From the NCBI GenBank assembly GCA_031553935.1, contig JAVBKS010000034.1:5034-69033 (forward strand): DNA of 64,000 nucleotides, in the 5' to 3' direction. The position numbers were made by a program, and so were the translations under genes. The stretch comes from Syntrophomonadaceae bacterium (GTDB taxonomy: Bacteria > Bacillota > Syntrophomonadia > Syntrophomonadales > Syntrophomonadaceae). Positions 54,552-64,000 of the stretch are shown here, one piece after another; the stretch's first letter is position 1, and every line of letters starts with the position of its first letter. Under the pieces are notes generated by a model that worked only from the letters and a program-made list of their open reading frames with translations, did no database searches and was not told where the DNA came from.

Positions 54552-55476
54552 CTTTTGTCCCTCCCATCATCAGGAACAGTATTGCCATCCGAACTGCAAC
54601 CCCATTGGTTACTTGCTGATTGATGACTGCGCTTAGGCTATCTGCTAATCTACTGTCAATTTCAATACCACGATTCATCGGACCAGGGTGGAGGATCATT
54701 ACATCTTTTTTAGCTGTTCGGGTGCGATAATCATTTACCAGGAATAGATTGGCGTATTCTTCCATGGAGGGAAACAAAGCGCTTTCTTGCCTTTCTTTTT
54801 GAACACGCAAAACATTAATCACATCCGCATCTTCGAAAGCATCTTCAAGGCTATAACAAACACGAACACCTAGTTTTTCAATCTCAGCCGGCATCAGCGT
54901 TGATGGCCCTACTACTCTAATATCACAGTCAAATTTTTGCAGAGCATAAATATTGGATCTCGCTACCCGGCTATGCTTTATGTCGCCAACAATAGCAACT
55001 TTCAAACCATCCAAACTCTTTTTCTTCTCTTTTATCGAAAAGAGATCTAATAGTGCTTGGGTAGGATGCTCATTTTGACCATCACCAGCATTAATAACTC
55101 TCATATTGGTATTGCGAGCAACATAATGGGGCGTTCCGCTCATTGCGTGTCTCATAACCATTAAGTCAAAACCCATCATTTCAATGGTTTTCATAGTATC
55201 TTTCAGGCTTTCCCCTTTTTGGACACTGCTGGTTGCAACAGTGAGATTAACTGTATCAGCACTCAAATACTTGCCGGCAATCTCGAATGAGGTTCTGGTC
55301 CTGGTGCTATTTTCGAAGAATACCGTAGCTAGAGCCTTGCCCCTTAAAGTCGGAACCTTTTTTACATCTCGACTGATGATGTCCTTCATCGGAACAGCCG
55401 TATCTAAAATCTGCAATATTTCTTCTTTGCTAAGTTCACGCAATCCCAATAGATCTTTGCGTTGCTCTAATCTCAA
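54535..55476 (-). CDS. pyrB: Aspartate carbamoyltransferase catalytic subunit
   Basis: The track ORF starts with TTG at 55500. A GGAAGGAGA RBS sits 7 nt before the TTG at 55476, giving (M)RLEQRKDLLGLRELSKEEI. Supporting motifs are STRTR and HPTQ. Confidence 0.9.
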   Translation of the reverse strand: MRLEQRKDLLGLRELSKEEILQILDTAVPMKDIISRDVKKVPTLRGKALATVFFENSTRTRTSFEIAGKYLSADTVNLTVATSSVQKGESLKDTMKTIEMMGFDLMVMRHAMSGTPHYVARNTNMRVINAGDGQNEHPTQALLDLFSIKEKKKSLDGLKVAIVGDIKHSRVARSNIYALQKFDCDIRVVGPSTLMPAEIEKLGVRVCYSLEDAFEDADVINVLRVQKERQESALFPSMEEYANLFLVNDYRTRTAKKDVMILHPGPMNRGIEIDSRLADSLSAVINQQVTNGVAVRMAILFLMMGGTKDEIVD

Positions 55477-55498
55477 ATTGCTATCTCCTTCCGACTGC

Positions 55499-55525
55499 AA
55501 AATAAAACCTCCCGGTATCGGGAGG
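55499..55525 (-). terminator. pyrR-pyrB intercistronic attenuator terminator
   Basis: The minus strand reads CCUCCCGAUACCGGGAGG followed by UUUUAUUUU. It lies between the pyrR stop (55573) and the pyrB start. Confidence 0.7.
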
Positions 55526-55572
55526 TCGCTTCTTTTTTGCTACTCCCTCTTTAGCTTTATCCTATTGGGAGT

Positions 55573-56208
<636 letters not shown>

Positions 56209-56278
56209 AACTTAAAGGTCTAAGGTGATTTTAATAAAACAATTATTTAAAGTCAATGTATACTTTAGGATATTAAGT

Positions 56279-56968
56279 TTATGGCCGTTTCGCTTTGAAC
56301 TCTTCAATTAATGCAATTGCATTACTGGTTCCGATTCTATCTACCCCTAAATCCAGTAGTTCCTGAGCAAAAGCTGCCGTCTTAATCCCTCCGCTGGCTT
56401 TGATTTTTAATCCTCGCGATTTGTATTTATTAATTATTACTATATCTTCGCGACTAACACCCCTTGAGGACATTCCGGTCGAAGTTTTTAGGTAATCGGC
56501 TCCGCTCTCACTTACTATGCTAATTACTTTTATGAGTTCCTCTTCATTTAACAATGCCGTCTCCACAATGATCTTCAGAGTGAATTCGTATTTAGACTTA
56601 AGCTCTAAAACTCGTTCGATTTCCTGGACTATATACTCCCAGCTGCCATCTTTTAACGCCCCTATATTTAAAACGAAATCCAGCTCATTAGCTCCATTTT
56701 GCAGCGCAATTTCTGCTTCAAAACACTTTACTGCTATCTCTTGGGCACCCAGGGGAAAACCAATCACGCTGCACAGCAAAACTTTATTTCCATTGAGGAA
56801 TTGGCGTGCAAGTTTGACTCGATAAGGCATTATACATACAGCACAAACACCGAGCTCAAGAGCTTTACTACATAAAAAATCAATATCCTTGAGCGTAGCA
56901 TCTGCTCTTAAATCCGTGCTATCAATACATGCACAAATCTCCGAAATACGCTTAGACTCTATATCCAA
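56279..56968 (-). CDS. deoC: Deoxyribose-phosphate aldolase
   Basis: 229 aa. It has the Schiff-base lysine context LKTSTG and IKASGGIKT. Confidence 0.85.
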   Translation of the reverse strand: MDIESKRISEICACIDSTDLRADATLKDIDFLCSKALELGVCAVCIMPYRVKLARQFLNGNKVLLCSVIGFPLGAQEIAVKCFEAEIALQNGANELDFVLNIGALKDGSWEYIVQEIERVLELKSKYEFTLKIIVETALLNEEELIKVISIVSESGADYLKTSTGMSSRGVSREDIVIINKYKSRGLKIKASGGIKTAAFAQELLDLGVDRIGTSNAIALIEEFKAKRP

Positions 56969-57833
56969 ATTTCTTCAAATCCTTTTCATTATTGCGCCAG
57001 TTCTTTTTTTCTTTTACCCATAAATCTAAATAAACTTGGCACCCCACCAAGGTTTCAATATCTTGGCGCGCGGTTTCACCAATTTGTTTGAGCATAGCTC
57101 CTTTATTGCCAATTATTATGCCCTTTTGTGAATTTCGCTCCGTATAAATAACCGCTCTTATATATGCCTTGTTACTGGCTTTAAACTTAAATTCCTCAAT
57201 CTCAACGGCAATAGAATGGGGCACCTCGTCTCTGGTTAACAACAAAACTTTTTCCCTAACCATCTCCGAAGCTAAGAATGAAATGGACAGATCACTTAAG
57301 TCTTCTTCCGGGTAATACATTGGTCCTTCGGGCATATACTGAAAAGACTTTTCCACTAGTAGATCTATGTTGGTTCCATTGGCGGCAGAAATAGGAATTA
57401 TTTCAGAAAAACGCAGGTGTCTTTGATAGGTATCCCCTATTTCTTTAATGTTTGCGCCGCTGAGAAGATCAATTTTATTAATAATAAGGAATATTGGAGT
57501 ATTGGTATTACTCATATTCTCGATAATATACATTTCGCCGCTGCCAAGCGATCTAGTCGCATCAACAACATAATATATCAAGTCTGCTTCACTTATGGTC
57601 TGTGCAAATACTCTTAACATATATTCACCTAATAAGTGCTTAGGTTTATGCACTCCCGGTGTATCAACAAAAATTATCTGCCCCATATCTGAAGTATATA
57701 TGCCTTGAATTCGGTTACGAGTAGTCTGAGGCTTTTCGGTAACAATCGCAATTTTTTCACCGATAATTTTATTCAATAAAGTAGACTTTCCTACATTAGG
57801 TCGCCCAACTATGCTAATAAAACCGGATTTCAA
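56952..57833 (-). CDS. era: GTPase Era
   Basis: 293 aa. It has G1 GRPNVGKST, DTPG and NKID, followed by a KH domain. Confidence 0.95.
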   Translation of the reverse strand: MKSGFISIVGRPNVGKSTLLNKIIGEKIAIVTEKPQTTRNRIQGIYTSDMGQIIFVDTPGVHKPKHLLGEYMLRVFAQTISEADLIYYVVDATRSLGSGEMYIIENMSNTNTPIFLIINKIDLLSGANIKEIGDTYQRHLRFSEIIPISAANGTNIDLLVEKSFQYMPEGPMYYPEEDLSDLSISFLASEMVREKVLLLTRDEVPHSIAVEIEEFKFKASNKAYIRAVIYTERNSQKGIIIGNKGAMLKQIGETARQDIETLVGCQVYLDLWVKEKKNWRNNEKDLKKFGYRV

Positions 57834-57844
57834 ATTTGGTCCCC

Positions 57845-58234
57845 CTAATTATTATTTAACTGAAACATAAACGGCAGTAACTCAGAAATATTTTTAACAA
57901 TTATCTCTCCATTTTCACCATGAAAATAGATAGTTAATTGTGAAGAAAACTCAGCCAATACTTGCAGGCAAGCTCCACAGGGAAAAATCGCCTTGTTTTC
58001 AGGCCCACATATCGCTAACTCGGTCAGCTTCCTCTCCCCGTCATTCACAGCTTTAAAAACCGCTACCCTTTCAGCGCAAATGGTTAAACCATAAGAAGCA
58101 TTTTCGATATTTGACCCAGTATAGACTTTGCCACTCGCCGTTCTAAGTGCTGCTCCTACTGCAAATTCCGAATATGGGGAATATGATGCATTTCTTGCAT
58201 CCGCGGCCATTTCCATTAGTCCTTCATTTTTCAT
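57845..58234 (-). CDS. cdd: Cytidine deaminase
   Basis: 129 aa with the zinc motifs CAERVA and PCGACLQ. Confidence 0.9.
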   Translation of the reverse strand: MKNEGLMEMAADARNASYSPYSEFAVGAALRTASGKVYTGSNIENASYGLTICAERVAVFKAVNDGERKLTELAICGPENKAIFPCGACLQVLAEFSSQLTIYFHGENGEIIVKNISELLPFMFQLNNN

Positions 58235-58596
58235 TATTTCTCCAAATAGGCTAAAATATATGGGCCGAAAACTAAAATAGCTACAATTATCGCTGACCCG
58301 GCTGCAGTAAGAACAGCACCGGCAGCAGCATTTTTAGCAATCGCAGCTAAAGGGTTTAATTTCAAGGTGTAAAGATCAATGGTTTTTTCAATCGCGGTAT
58401 TAACCATTTCTGTAACTATCACAATATTTATGGTTAGAAGTATTATTAGCCATTCAGTGCGAGTTAATCTACATATCACTCCCGCTGACACAACCACTAA
58501 CACTGCCAGAGCATGGATTCTCATATTGCGCTCACTTTGCAAGCAATACTTGATTCCGGCCCAAGCATACCCGAAACTCTGTAATAGCTTATTCAT
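58234..58596 (-). CDS. dgkA: Diacylglycerol/undecaprenol kinase
   Basis: 120 aa with three TM segments and the NTAIE motif (EMVNTAIEKTID). Confidence 0.85.
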   Translation of the reverse strand: MNKLLQSFGYAWAGIKYCLQSERNMRIHALAVLVVVSAGVICRLTRTEWLIILLTINIVIVTEMVNTAIEKTIDLYTLKLNPLAAIAKNAAAGAVLTAAGSAIIVAILVFGPYILAYLEK

Positions 58597-58601
58597 TAAA
58601 T

Positions 58602-59072
58602 CTACCTCTCTAACAGTAGATCCCTAAGAATTGTCTCCTCTATGGCCCGCATAGTTTTTTCATCTTCTTCAGCTTCATGGTCATATCCTAATAAATGCAA
58701 TATTCCATGAACAATTAGAAATCCGAGTTCGCGAGTGAAAGCATGTCCATATTCCTGCGCTTGCTCCATAGCTTTTTCCACTGAAATTACTATATCACCA
58801 AGCAAATCAACGCCATCTTCATCACCATATATTGGCTCATCTGCAGATTTTTCATTCATCGCAAATGATAATACATCAGTAGCGGAATCAAAACCGCGGT
58901 AGGTTCGGTTAAGCTCCTTGATATAATCATTATCGCACAATACTATGCTCAGTTCGGCTGCTTCTGCTATTTTCAGATGATCTGCCGTATAGGATGCAGT
59001 TTTGCTGATCAATTGAAACATTTCTTCGTCATAGTTCAGTTTATTCTGTTGGTTCAGAATCAAGGTCTCCAA
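58602..59072 (-). CDS. ybeY: rRNA maturation endoribonuclease YbeY
   Basis: 156 aa with the zinc motif HGILHLLGYDH. Confidence 0.9.
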   Translation of the reverse strand: METLILNQQNKLNYDEEMFQLISKTASYTADHLKIAEAAELSIVLCDNDYIKELNRTYRGFDSATDVLSFAMNEKSADEPIYGDEDGVDLLGDIVISVEKAMEQAQEYGHAFTRELGFLIVHGILHLLGYDHEAEEDEKTMRAIEETILRDLLLER

Positions 59073-61221
59073 GCATCTCTCTCCTTTTTTCGAATTCCTG
59101 GACTACCTCAGGATAAGCTATCCTCTTATGATAAATTCCCTCGAGGATTTTGCAAAACGATTCGGTAATGACATTTAGATCATTAAAGGTTAGATGACTG
59201 TCTTCCAATTGCCCATCCTTTAACTTGTCATTGATTAAACCAACCACCATATTTCTTATCCCAGATGAGGTTGGGTCTTTTAATGACCTTACTCCGGCTT
59301 CCACAGTATCTGCAAGCATAACCAATGCATTTTCTTTGCTCTGCGGCTTGGGGCCCTCATAACGAAAACCCTCTTCACTTAGTTTTTCTTCACCCGCTTC
59401 TATCTGGGCTTGGCTGTAAAAAAACTTGGTCAGGCTTGTACCATGGTGTTGCTGGATAAAATCGATAATGATCTGCGGCAACTTCGCTTCCCGTGCAATC
59501 TCAACTCCATCTCTTACATGTGAAGTCACGATTAAAGCTGATAAAGCCGGAACTATTCTCTCGTGCGGGTTGCCAAAATTCCTCTGATTCTCAATAAAAT
59601 AATCCGGCCTTTTCAATTTGCCGATATCGTGATAATAAGCTCCTACCCGAACTAGCAGAGAATCAGCTCCAATAGCATCTGCTGAAGCTTCTGCCAAGTT
59701 GCCTACCATTAAACTATGATGATAAGTTCCCGGAGCTTCAAGTAACAGCCGCCTTAGAACTTTATGATTTGGGTTTGACAACTCCAATAATCTAATCATG
59801 CTCGTAATATTAAATGCGGTTTCCAAAAAGGGCAAGGCGCCGATCATTAATACCGCTGATAAAATTCCGTTAATTAAGCCGACAATAACTCCAACCAAGA
59901 TTAAAGTCCAATCCATCTGACCATTAATCATTAGAACTATAAGAATTGCGGTTACATTGCCTAAGCCAATGTAAATACCGGATTTTGCAATATCTGAAGT
60001 CTGATTAATTCTTTGAACTCTATAAATGCCGATAATACCGCCCATAAAAGCTACGATCGCATAGTTAAGCTGATTACCTTCATTAAGCAATCCAATGTAG
60101 AAAGACATGAGCATAGTCGCAAAAAAAGCGAAACGATAATCTAGCAGAATCGCGACTAACAATGAACCTGCAGCTACAGGCGCTAAAAAACCAACCATTG
60201 AATTTATTTGTGGCTGGTCACTAATATTGATAAGCACAATAAATCTACTGGTGATTAGTATTATTAAGAAAATAATAGCTAATAATAACAACTGGCTGGC
60301 ATCTGGAAAGTTTTTCACATAATAGCGCTGGGAATACTTGAAGACCAACCACATAGTAAAGAGAATGAAAAGCAAAGTTCCAATAATAATGTACGAAAAA
60401 GAATTATTACTTAAGATTCCCAATTGTTCTAAAGTACTTATTTGTTCAGTTGTGACCCTTTCCCCGGCGCGTACAATAATCTCACCGGCTTTGATCGTTT
60501 TCGTTACCGGCTGAACAGATTCGTAAGCATCTTTTAAAGCTTTTTCCGTTGCTTGTTCATTAAAGAGGATATTAGGGCGAATGGCATTTACCATTACCTT
60601 TTGCATGGTGTCTTTTTCCGCTTGCACAAGGGTTAGGCTCTCGATCTGCAAGGCTAATTGCTGATTGACAGAAACCAAGCCTTCCTCGGCTATCGTTTTT
60701 TTCATGGTTTCCTGGATCAATGGCAATAGAATATTCTTAAGCATTTCCGCATCCCTGGCGGTTTTTTCGCTCCAGAAAGCAATTAAAGCTTCAGTATCGT
60801 TTTTGGGCACATAAGGCGGTACTTTTGGTAAGTTCAGCAGAAGTCCGTTAATTTGCTGATTTTTATCAATATCTTCAGATTCAATAATTTCGCCTAAACG
60901 CGTAAAAAAAGAACTAACGTAACTCACGGCATAAGTAGCTGCTTGCGGATCTTCTTGATAGACCTTCTGAACCTTACTGACAGCTAAATCCCTTAATTCC
61001 TGGGTGCGCTTTTCCTCGATTACAATGGTAGTCGAATTTGCTTGAATATTATACGGAGCAACTTCATCGACATTAACTATTACATTGGTTTGATCTCTTC
61101 CTGTAAGAATAATTAGCATGGAAAACAGGGAAAAAAGAACAGCACCAATTATCAATTTATTATTTGTCTTAAACAGAAATTCAAGTACTTTCTGTTTTAA
61201 ATCTGAAACATACTTGGGCAT
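59041..61221 (-). CDS. pgpH: 7TM-HD membrane phosphohydrolase (PgpH/YqfF-type cyclic-di-AMP phosphodiesterase)
   Basis: 726 aa. It has an extracellular domain, 7 TM segments and an HD domain (HHSLMVGNLAE...AYYHDIGK). Confidence 0.85.
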   Translation of the reverse strand: MPKYVSDLKQKVLEFLFKTNNKLIIGAVLFSLFSMLIILTGRDQTNVIVNVDEVAPYNIQANSTTIVIEEKRTQELRDLAVSKVQKVYQEDPQAATYAVSYVSSFFTRLGEIIESEDIDKNQQINGLLLNLPKVPPYVPKNDTEALIAFWSEKTARDAEMLKNILLPLIQETMKKTIAEEGLVSVNQQLALQIESLTLVQAEKDTMQKVMVNAIRPNILFNEQATEKALKDAYESVQPVTKTIKAGEIIVRAGERVTTEQISTLEQLGILSNNSFSYIIIGTLLFILFTMWLVFKYSQRYYVKNFPDASQLLLLAIIFLIILITSRFIVLINISDQPQINSMVGFLAPVAAGSLLVAILLDYRFAFFATMLMSFYIGLLNEGNQLNYAIVAFMGGIIGIYRVQRINQTSDIAKSGIYIGLGNVTAILIVLMINGQMDWTLILVGVIVGLINGILSAVLMIGALPFLETAFNITSMIRLLELSNPNHKVLRRLLLEAPGTYHHSLMVGNLAEASADAIGADSLLVRVGAYYHDIGKLKRPDYFIENQRNFGNPHERIVPALSALIVTSHVRDGVEIAREAKLPQIIIDFIQQHHGTSLTKFFYSQAQIEAGEEKLSEEGFRYEGPKPQSKENALVMLADTVEAGVRSLKDPTSSGIRNMVVGLINDKLKDGQLEDSHLTFNDLNVITESFCKILEGIYHKRIAYPEVVQEFEKRREMLGDLDSEPTE

Positions 61222-61245
61222 AAAAACTCCCGATAATACTAATTA

Positions 61246-62124
61246 TCAGCTCTTTTTGCGGTCATAGTTTTCGTAAGCATTGATTATCTTTTGGACTAGC
61301 GGATGCCTTACCACATCATCTTTTGTCAGGTATTCAAATGAAACTCCGGGAATACCGCCGAGAATTTTTTGGATTTCGATTAAACCTGAAAATTCTTCTT
61401 TCGGAAGATCTACTTGGGTAATATCGCCAGTAATAACTGCTTTGGAGCCAAATCCTAATCTAGTTAAAAACATTTTCATCTGCTGGGGAGTTGTATTCTG
61501 CGCTTCATCCAAAATAATAAATGCATCGTTTAGGGTTCGGCCGCGCATGTATGCTAAGGGCGCGATTTCAATGATGTTCTTATCCAGATAGCGCTGGGTT
61601 TGCTCAACTCCCAAAATATCGAATAATCCATCATACAAAGGACGCAAATATGGATTGATCTTTTCAATAAAATCACCAGGCAAAAAACCTAGTTTCTCGC
61701 CAGCTTCAACTGCAGGTCTTACTAATACGATTCTCTCTACACTGCGGTTTTTTAATGCCATGACGGCCATAACCACCGCCAAATAAGTCTTGCCTGTCCC
61801 AGCAGGCCCAATGCCAAATACGACATCATCTTTACTAATAGCTTGTATATATCGCTTCTGGCCTAATGTTCTTGCTTTTATTTGCTTTCCGCGAACTGAA
61901 TGCAATAATATATTAGATGGCAATGCCAGTTCATTATCCTTATCGCCATCTTGCAGCACTCTAAAAGCATAATTAATATCATTAATATTCAAATGGGCAT
62001 CTTCAGTGACTATTTTCAATAGCTTTTCTATCAGCTTCCCAACTAAATCTACATCAATTCTTTTTCCTCTGATTATTATCTCCCCGCCGCGGGCATGTAA
62101 TTCGACAGGAACAATTGATCGCAA
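61246..62124 (-). CDS. phoH: PhoH-family ATPase (N-terminus probably extends to about 62208)
   Basis: The Walker A motif is GPAGTGKTYLA and the DEAQN box is present. See the finding on the start codon. Confidence 0.9.
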   Translation of the reverse strand: MRSIVPVELHARGGEIIIRGKRIDVDLVGKLIEKLLKIVTEDAHLNINDINYAFRVLQDGDKDNELALPSNILLHSVRGKQIKARTLGQKRYIQAISKDDVVFGIGPAGTGKTYLAVVMAVMALKNRSVERIVLVRPAVEAGEKLGFLPGDFIEKINPYLRPLYDGLFDILGVEQTQRYLDKNIIEIAPLAYMRGRTLNDAFIILDEAQNTTPQQMKMFLTRLGFGSKAVITGDITQVDLPKEEFSGLIEIQKILGGIPGVSFEYLTKDDVVRHPLVQKIINAYENYDRKKS

Positions 62125-62277
62125 ATAGCGGAAGTTTTCATCTTCATTGCCAAAAAAAATTGCGGCAATATCATTATCAGAAATGCTAATTTTCAGTTCT
62201 TTTTCTATAAAATCTCAGCCCCTATATTCGAATATTTCGTATTATATCATATGCCATGTCTATAAAGCTAATTTTGC

Positions 62278-63471
62278 TTACTCTAACACGCGGACTTCGC
62301 TAATTTCCTCGATCAATTCAACTAAGACTTTGACCCTGACAAACGCTTCAGCTGGTGACGATACTACCTCCACTTTATAATTGCCTTCAGTATCATTAAT
62401 ACTGCGAGGCAGAGAATTCAAAGCCATTTCAACCGCTATTGCTTCAGCTTCGTTTGCACTTCTTTCAATACTATTAGTCTGAAATTCCTGGGAAACAATC
62501 TTTAAAAATCCTAATTGGCCCCAAGGCGTTGAGATAGTCTTAGCTATTCGGTTATCTACAGTATTTCCAAGACTTTCGCTTTGATTCCACATAGATATCT
62601 CTCCCCAAGGCGTTATTAATAAATACTGAAGTTTTTCCTTACCGGCAGCAATTGTCTGTACTTCATTAAGCGCGCATTCGCCGTAGCTTTCCTGCCAAAC
62701 TCGAGCGTAAACAATTCCCCGGGCTCTGACCCGGTAAGGTTCTAAAGATTGATTGGGATCATCAAGACCAAAAGGGTTAGGTTTGGGATAGATAATACCG
62801 CTTATTATAACATCACCTTTGGAAACCACATCATTGACAACTTTTTGTTTCTCGCCATTTAAAACCAGAATATCAGTAATGATCCCGTCGCTATTTGCCA
62901 CTATATCACAAGGTGCTGTTATCTCCGGTCCGGCAAATGTCTTTTCGACTACTTTGATGTTTAAACTAACCCCTTTTATATCAACTTTGGCATATGACAA
63001 GCGGTTAATTTCCCTTAATAAAGCCAATTCAACTTCAGTCTTGTCGAAATCATGCTTGCTGACTCCCTTTTCCACCCCATATTTTGCGGCGACCTCCCTG
63101 ATTTCTTCCGTCGAAACCATCTGATTTCCACTCACATCCATAAACCAAATAAAATCAGAGAGAAAATAAGTCATCAGCAAAAAAAATGAAACCCCAACCA
63201 GAAACCCTAGGCGTCTTTTTAACACTGTCTTGTAAAAAGGTACTCCCTGTTTCTTGATAACTTCAATCTGATAGTCTTGAGTCTCGCAAATGGTCTTTAA
63301 GGCTGAATAGCCGCTGTTTCTAACTTTCAGCACCGCTCCATTGCTCTCTTTGCGAACATCACTTATAAAAACTCCGCGCGCCATTGCCATATTAAGGACT
63401 TTTTCAACTTGGGATCCCGTTATTCTAACTGAGATTAAACCGGCTATGAGATCAAATAATCTTCTAAACAT
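62278..63471 (-). CDS. yqfD: Sporulation protein YqfD
   Basis: 397 aa with a single TM segment after about 85 aa. It holds the conserved position between yqfC and phoH. Confidence 0.8.
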   Translation of the reverse strand: MFRRLFDLIAGLISVRITGSQVEKVLNMAMARGVFISDVRKESNGAVLKVRNSGYSALKTICETQDYQIEVIKKQGVPFYKTVLKRRLGFLVGVSFFLLMTYFLSDFIWFMDVSGNQMVSTEEIREVAAKYGVEKGVSKHDFDKTEVELALLREINRLSYAKVDIKGVSLNIKVVEKTFAGPEITAPCDIVANSDGIITDILVLNGEKQKVVNDVVSKGDVIISGIIYPKPNPFGLDDPNQSLEPYRVRARGIVYARVWQESYGECALNEVQTIAAGKEKLQYLLITPWGEISMWNQSESLGNTVDNRIAKTISTPWGQLGFLKIVSQEFQTNSIERSANEAEAIAVEMALNSLPRSINDTEGNYKVEVVSSPAEAFVRVKVLVELIEEISEVRVLE

Positions 63472-63530
63472 AAATCCACTCCATTACTAAATTAGTCACT
63501 TCAACTATTAAATTAACTACAATTATTGAG

Positions 63531-63821
63531 TCAATCATTGTATGATATGTGATTTAGCAAACCGATTACTTTGATCTCTTCGCTGTTTAAAGATTTGATT
63601 TCCAATCCCTCTCCCACAATACTTAAAAAGCCTCGGCTAAAGTTAATTTTCATCGTATTGAGCCCATATTCTATTATGCCGCGGTGGTTTTCAATCATGA
63701 TTTCGCTGCGCCCTAATATCGTTATTCTAGGTAAATCCAGAACAATATCCGGGGGTATTTCCATAATTTCTCCGATTAATCTGCCAAACTTATCTCTTTT
63801 ACTCACCATGATATCCCCCAT
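63531..63821 (-). CDS. yqfC: Sporulation protein YqfC
   Basis: 96 aa with the YabP/YqfC-like motif DLPRITILGRSEIMIENHRGIIEY. Confidence 0.8.
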   Translation of the reverse strand: MGDIMVSKRDKFGRLIGEIMEIPPDIVLDLPRITILGRSEIMIENHRGIIEYGLNTMKINFSRGFLSIVGEGLEIKSLNSEEIKVIGLLNHISYND

Positions 63822-64000
63822 TCCCCTTGGATGAGATAATTATTAAAGTCTTTAAGCAAATATATGAAAATACTATTATAATCATTCTTTTTAATGAAAA
63901 CTGAGATAAGGAGGTGAAAAAAATGTGATGGTGAGAAGATGTTATAAGGGATCGGGGTATTGAAGATTTCTCATAGATGCCAATATCCCCATCCCATTAA

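Overview
This 64-kb window comes from a low-GC, spore-forming, SLH/S-layer-bearing Firmicute (Clostridia-like). Almost every gene is on the minus strand.

**Right part (38-64 kb), conserved housekeeping:**
- yqfC-yqfD-phoH-pgpH-ybeY-dgkA-cdd-era-deoC.
- A complete pyrR-pyrB-pyrC-carA-carB-pyrK-pyrD-pyrF-pyrE operon with PyrR attenuators.
- An mtnP-mtnA-aldolase-mtaD-mobB cluster, a PLP-dependent decarboxylase, and flgG/flgJ.

**Left part (0-38 kb), accessory cell-surface DNA:**
- A secreted protein with a copper-amine-oxidase-N-like domain, bracketed by GTCAC motif arrays.
- A small TetR/nitroreductase/flavodoxin detox cluster.
- A very AT-rich island (about 5.8-11.2 kb) of six N-terminally anchored small proteins, separated by decaying repeat modules.
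- Two giant SLH-anchored proteins (about 2561 and 2293 aa), a GH26 hydrolase, and a RAYT-like Y1 transposase next to REP-like repeats.
- A polytopic regulator with two LuxR HTH domains.
- A single, strikingly GC-rich gene for a Cys-rich, GLUG-repeat protein, which is probably a foreign acquisition.

**Most interesting locus (11.3-21.9 kb).** A leader matching the core of the molybdenum-cofactor (Moco) riboswitch, followed by an intrinsic terminator, precedes three genes:
- a lipoprotein ApbE FAD:protein FMN transferase;
- the 2561-aa wall-anchored protein, built from about nine tandem Cys-less sulfite-oxidase-fold (molybdopterin-binding-like) modules, a beta-propeller, and a DAITGAT flavinylation-type motif;
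- a second SLH protein carrying one such module.

I read this as a candidate undescribed extracytoplasmic, S-layer-tethered Moco/flavin redox system. All calls come from reading the sequence by eye. No searches were run.
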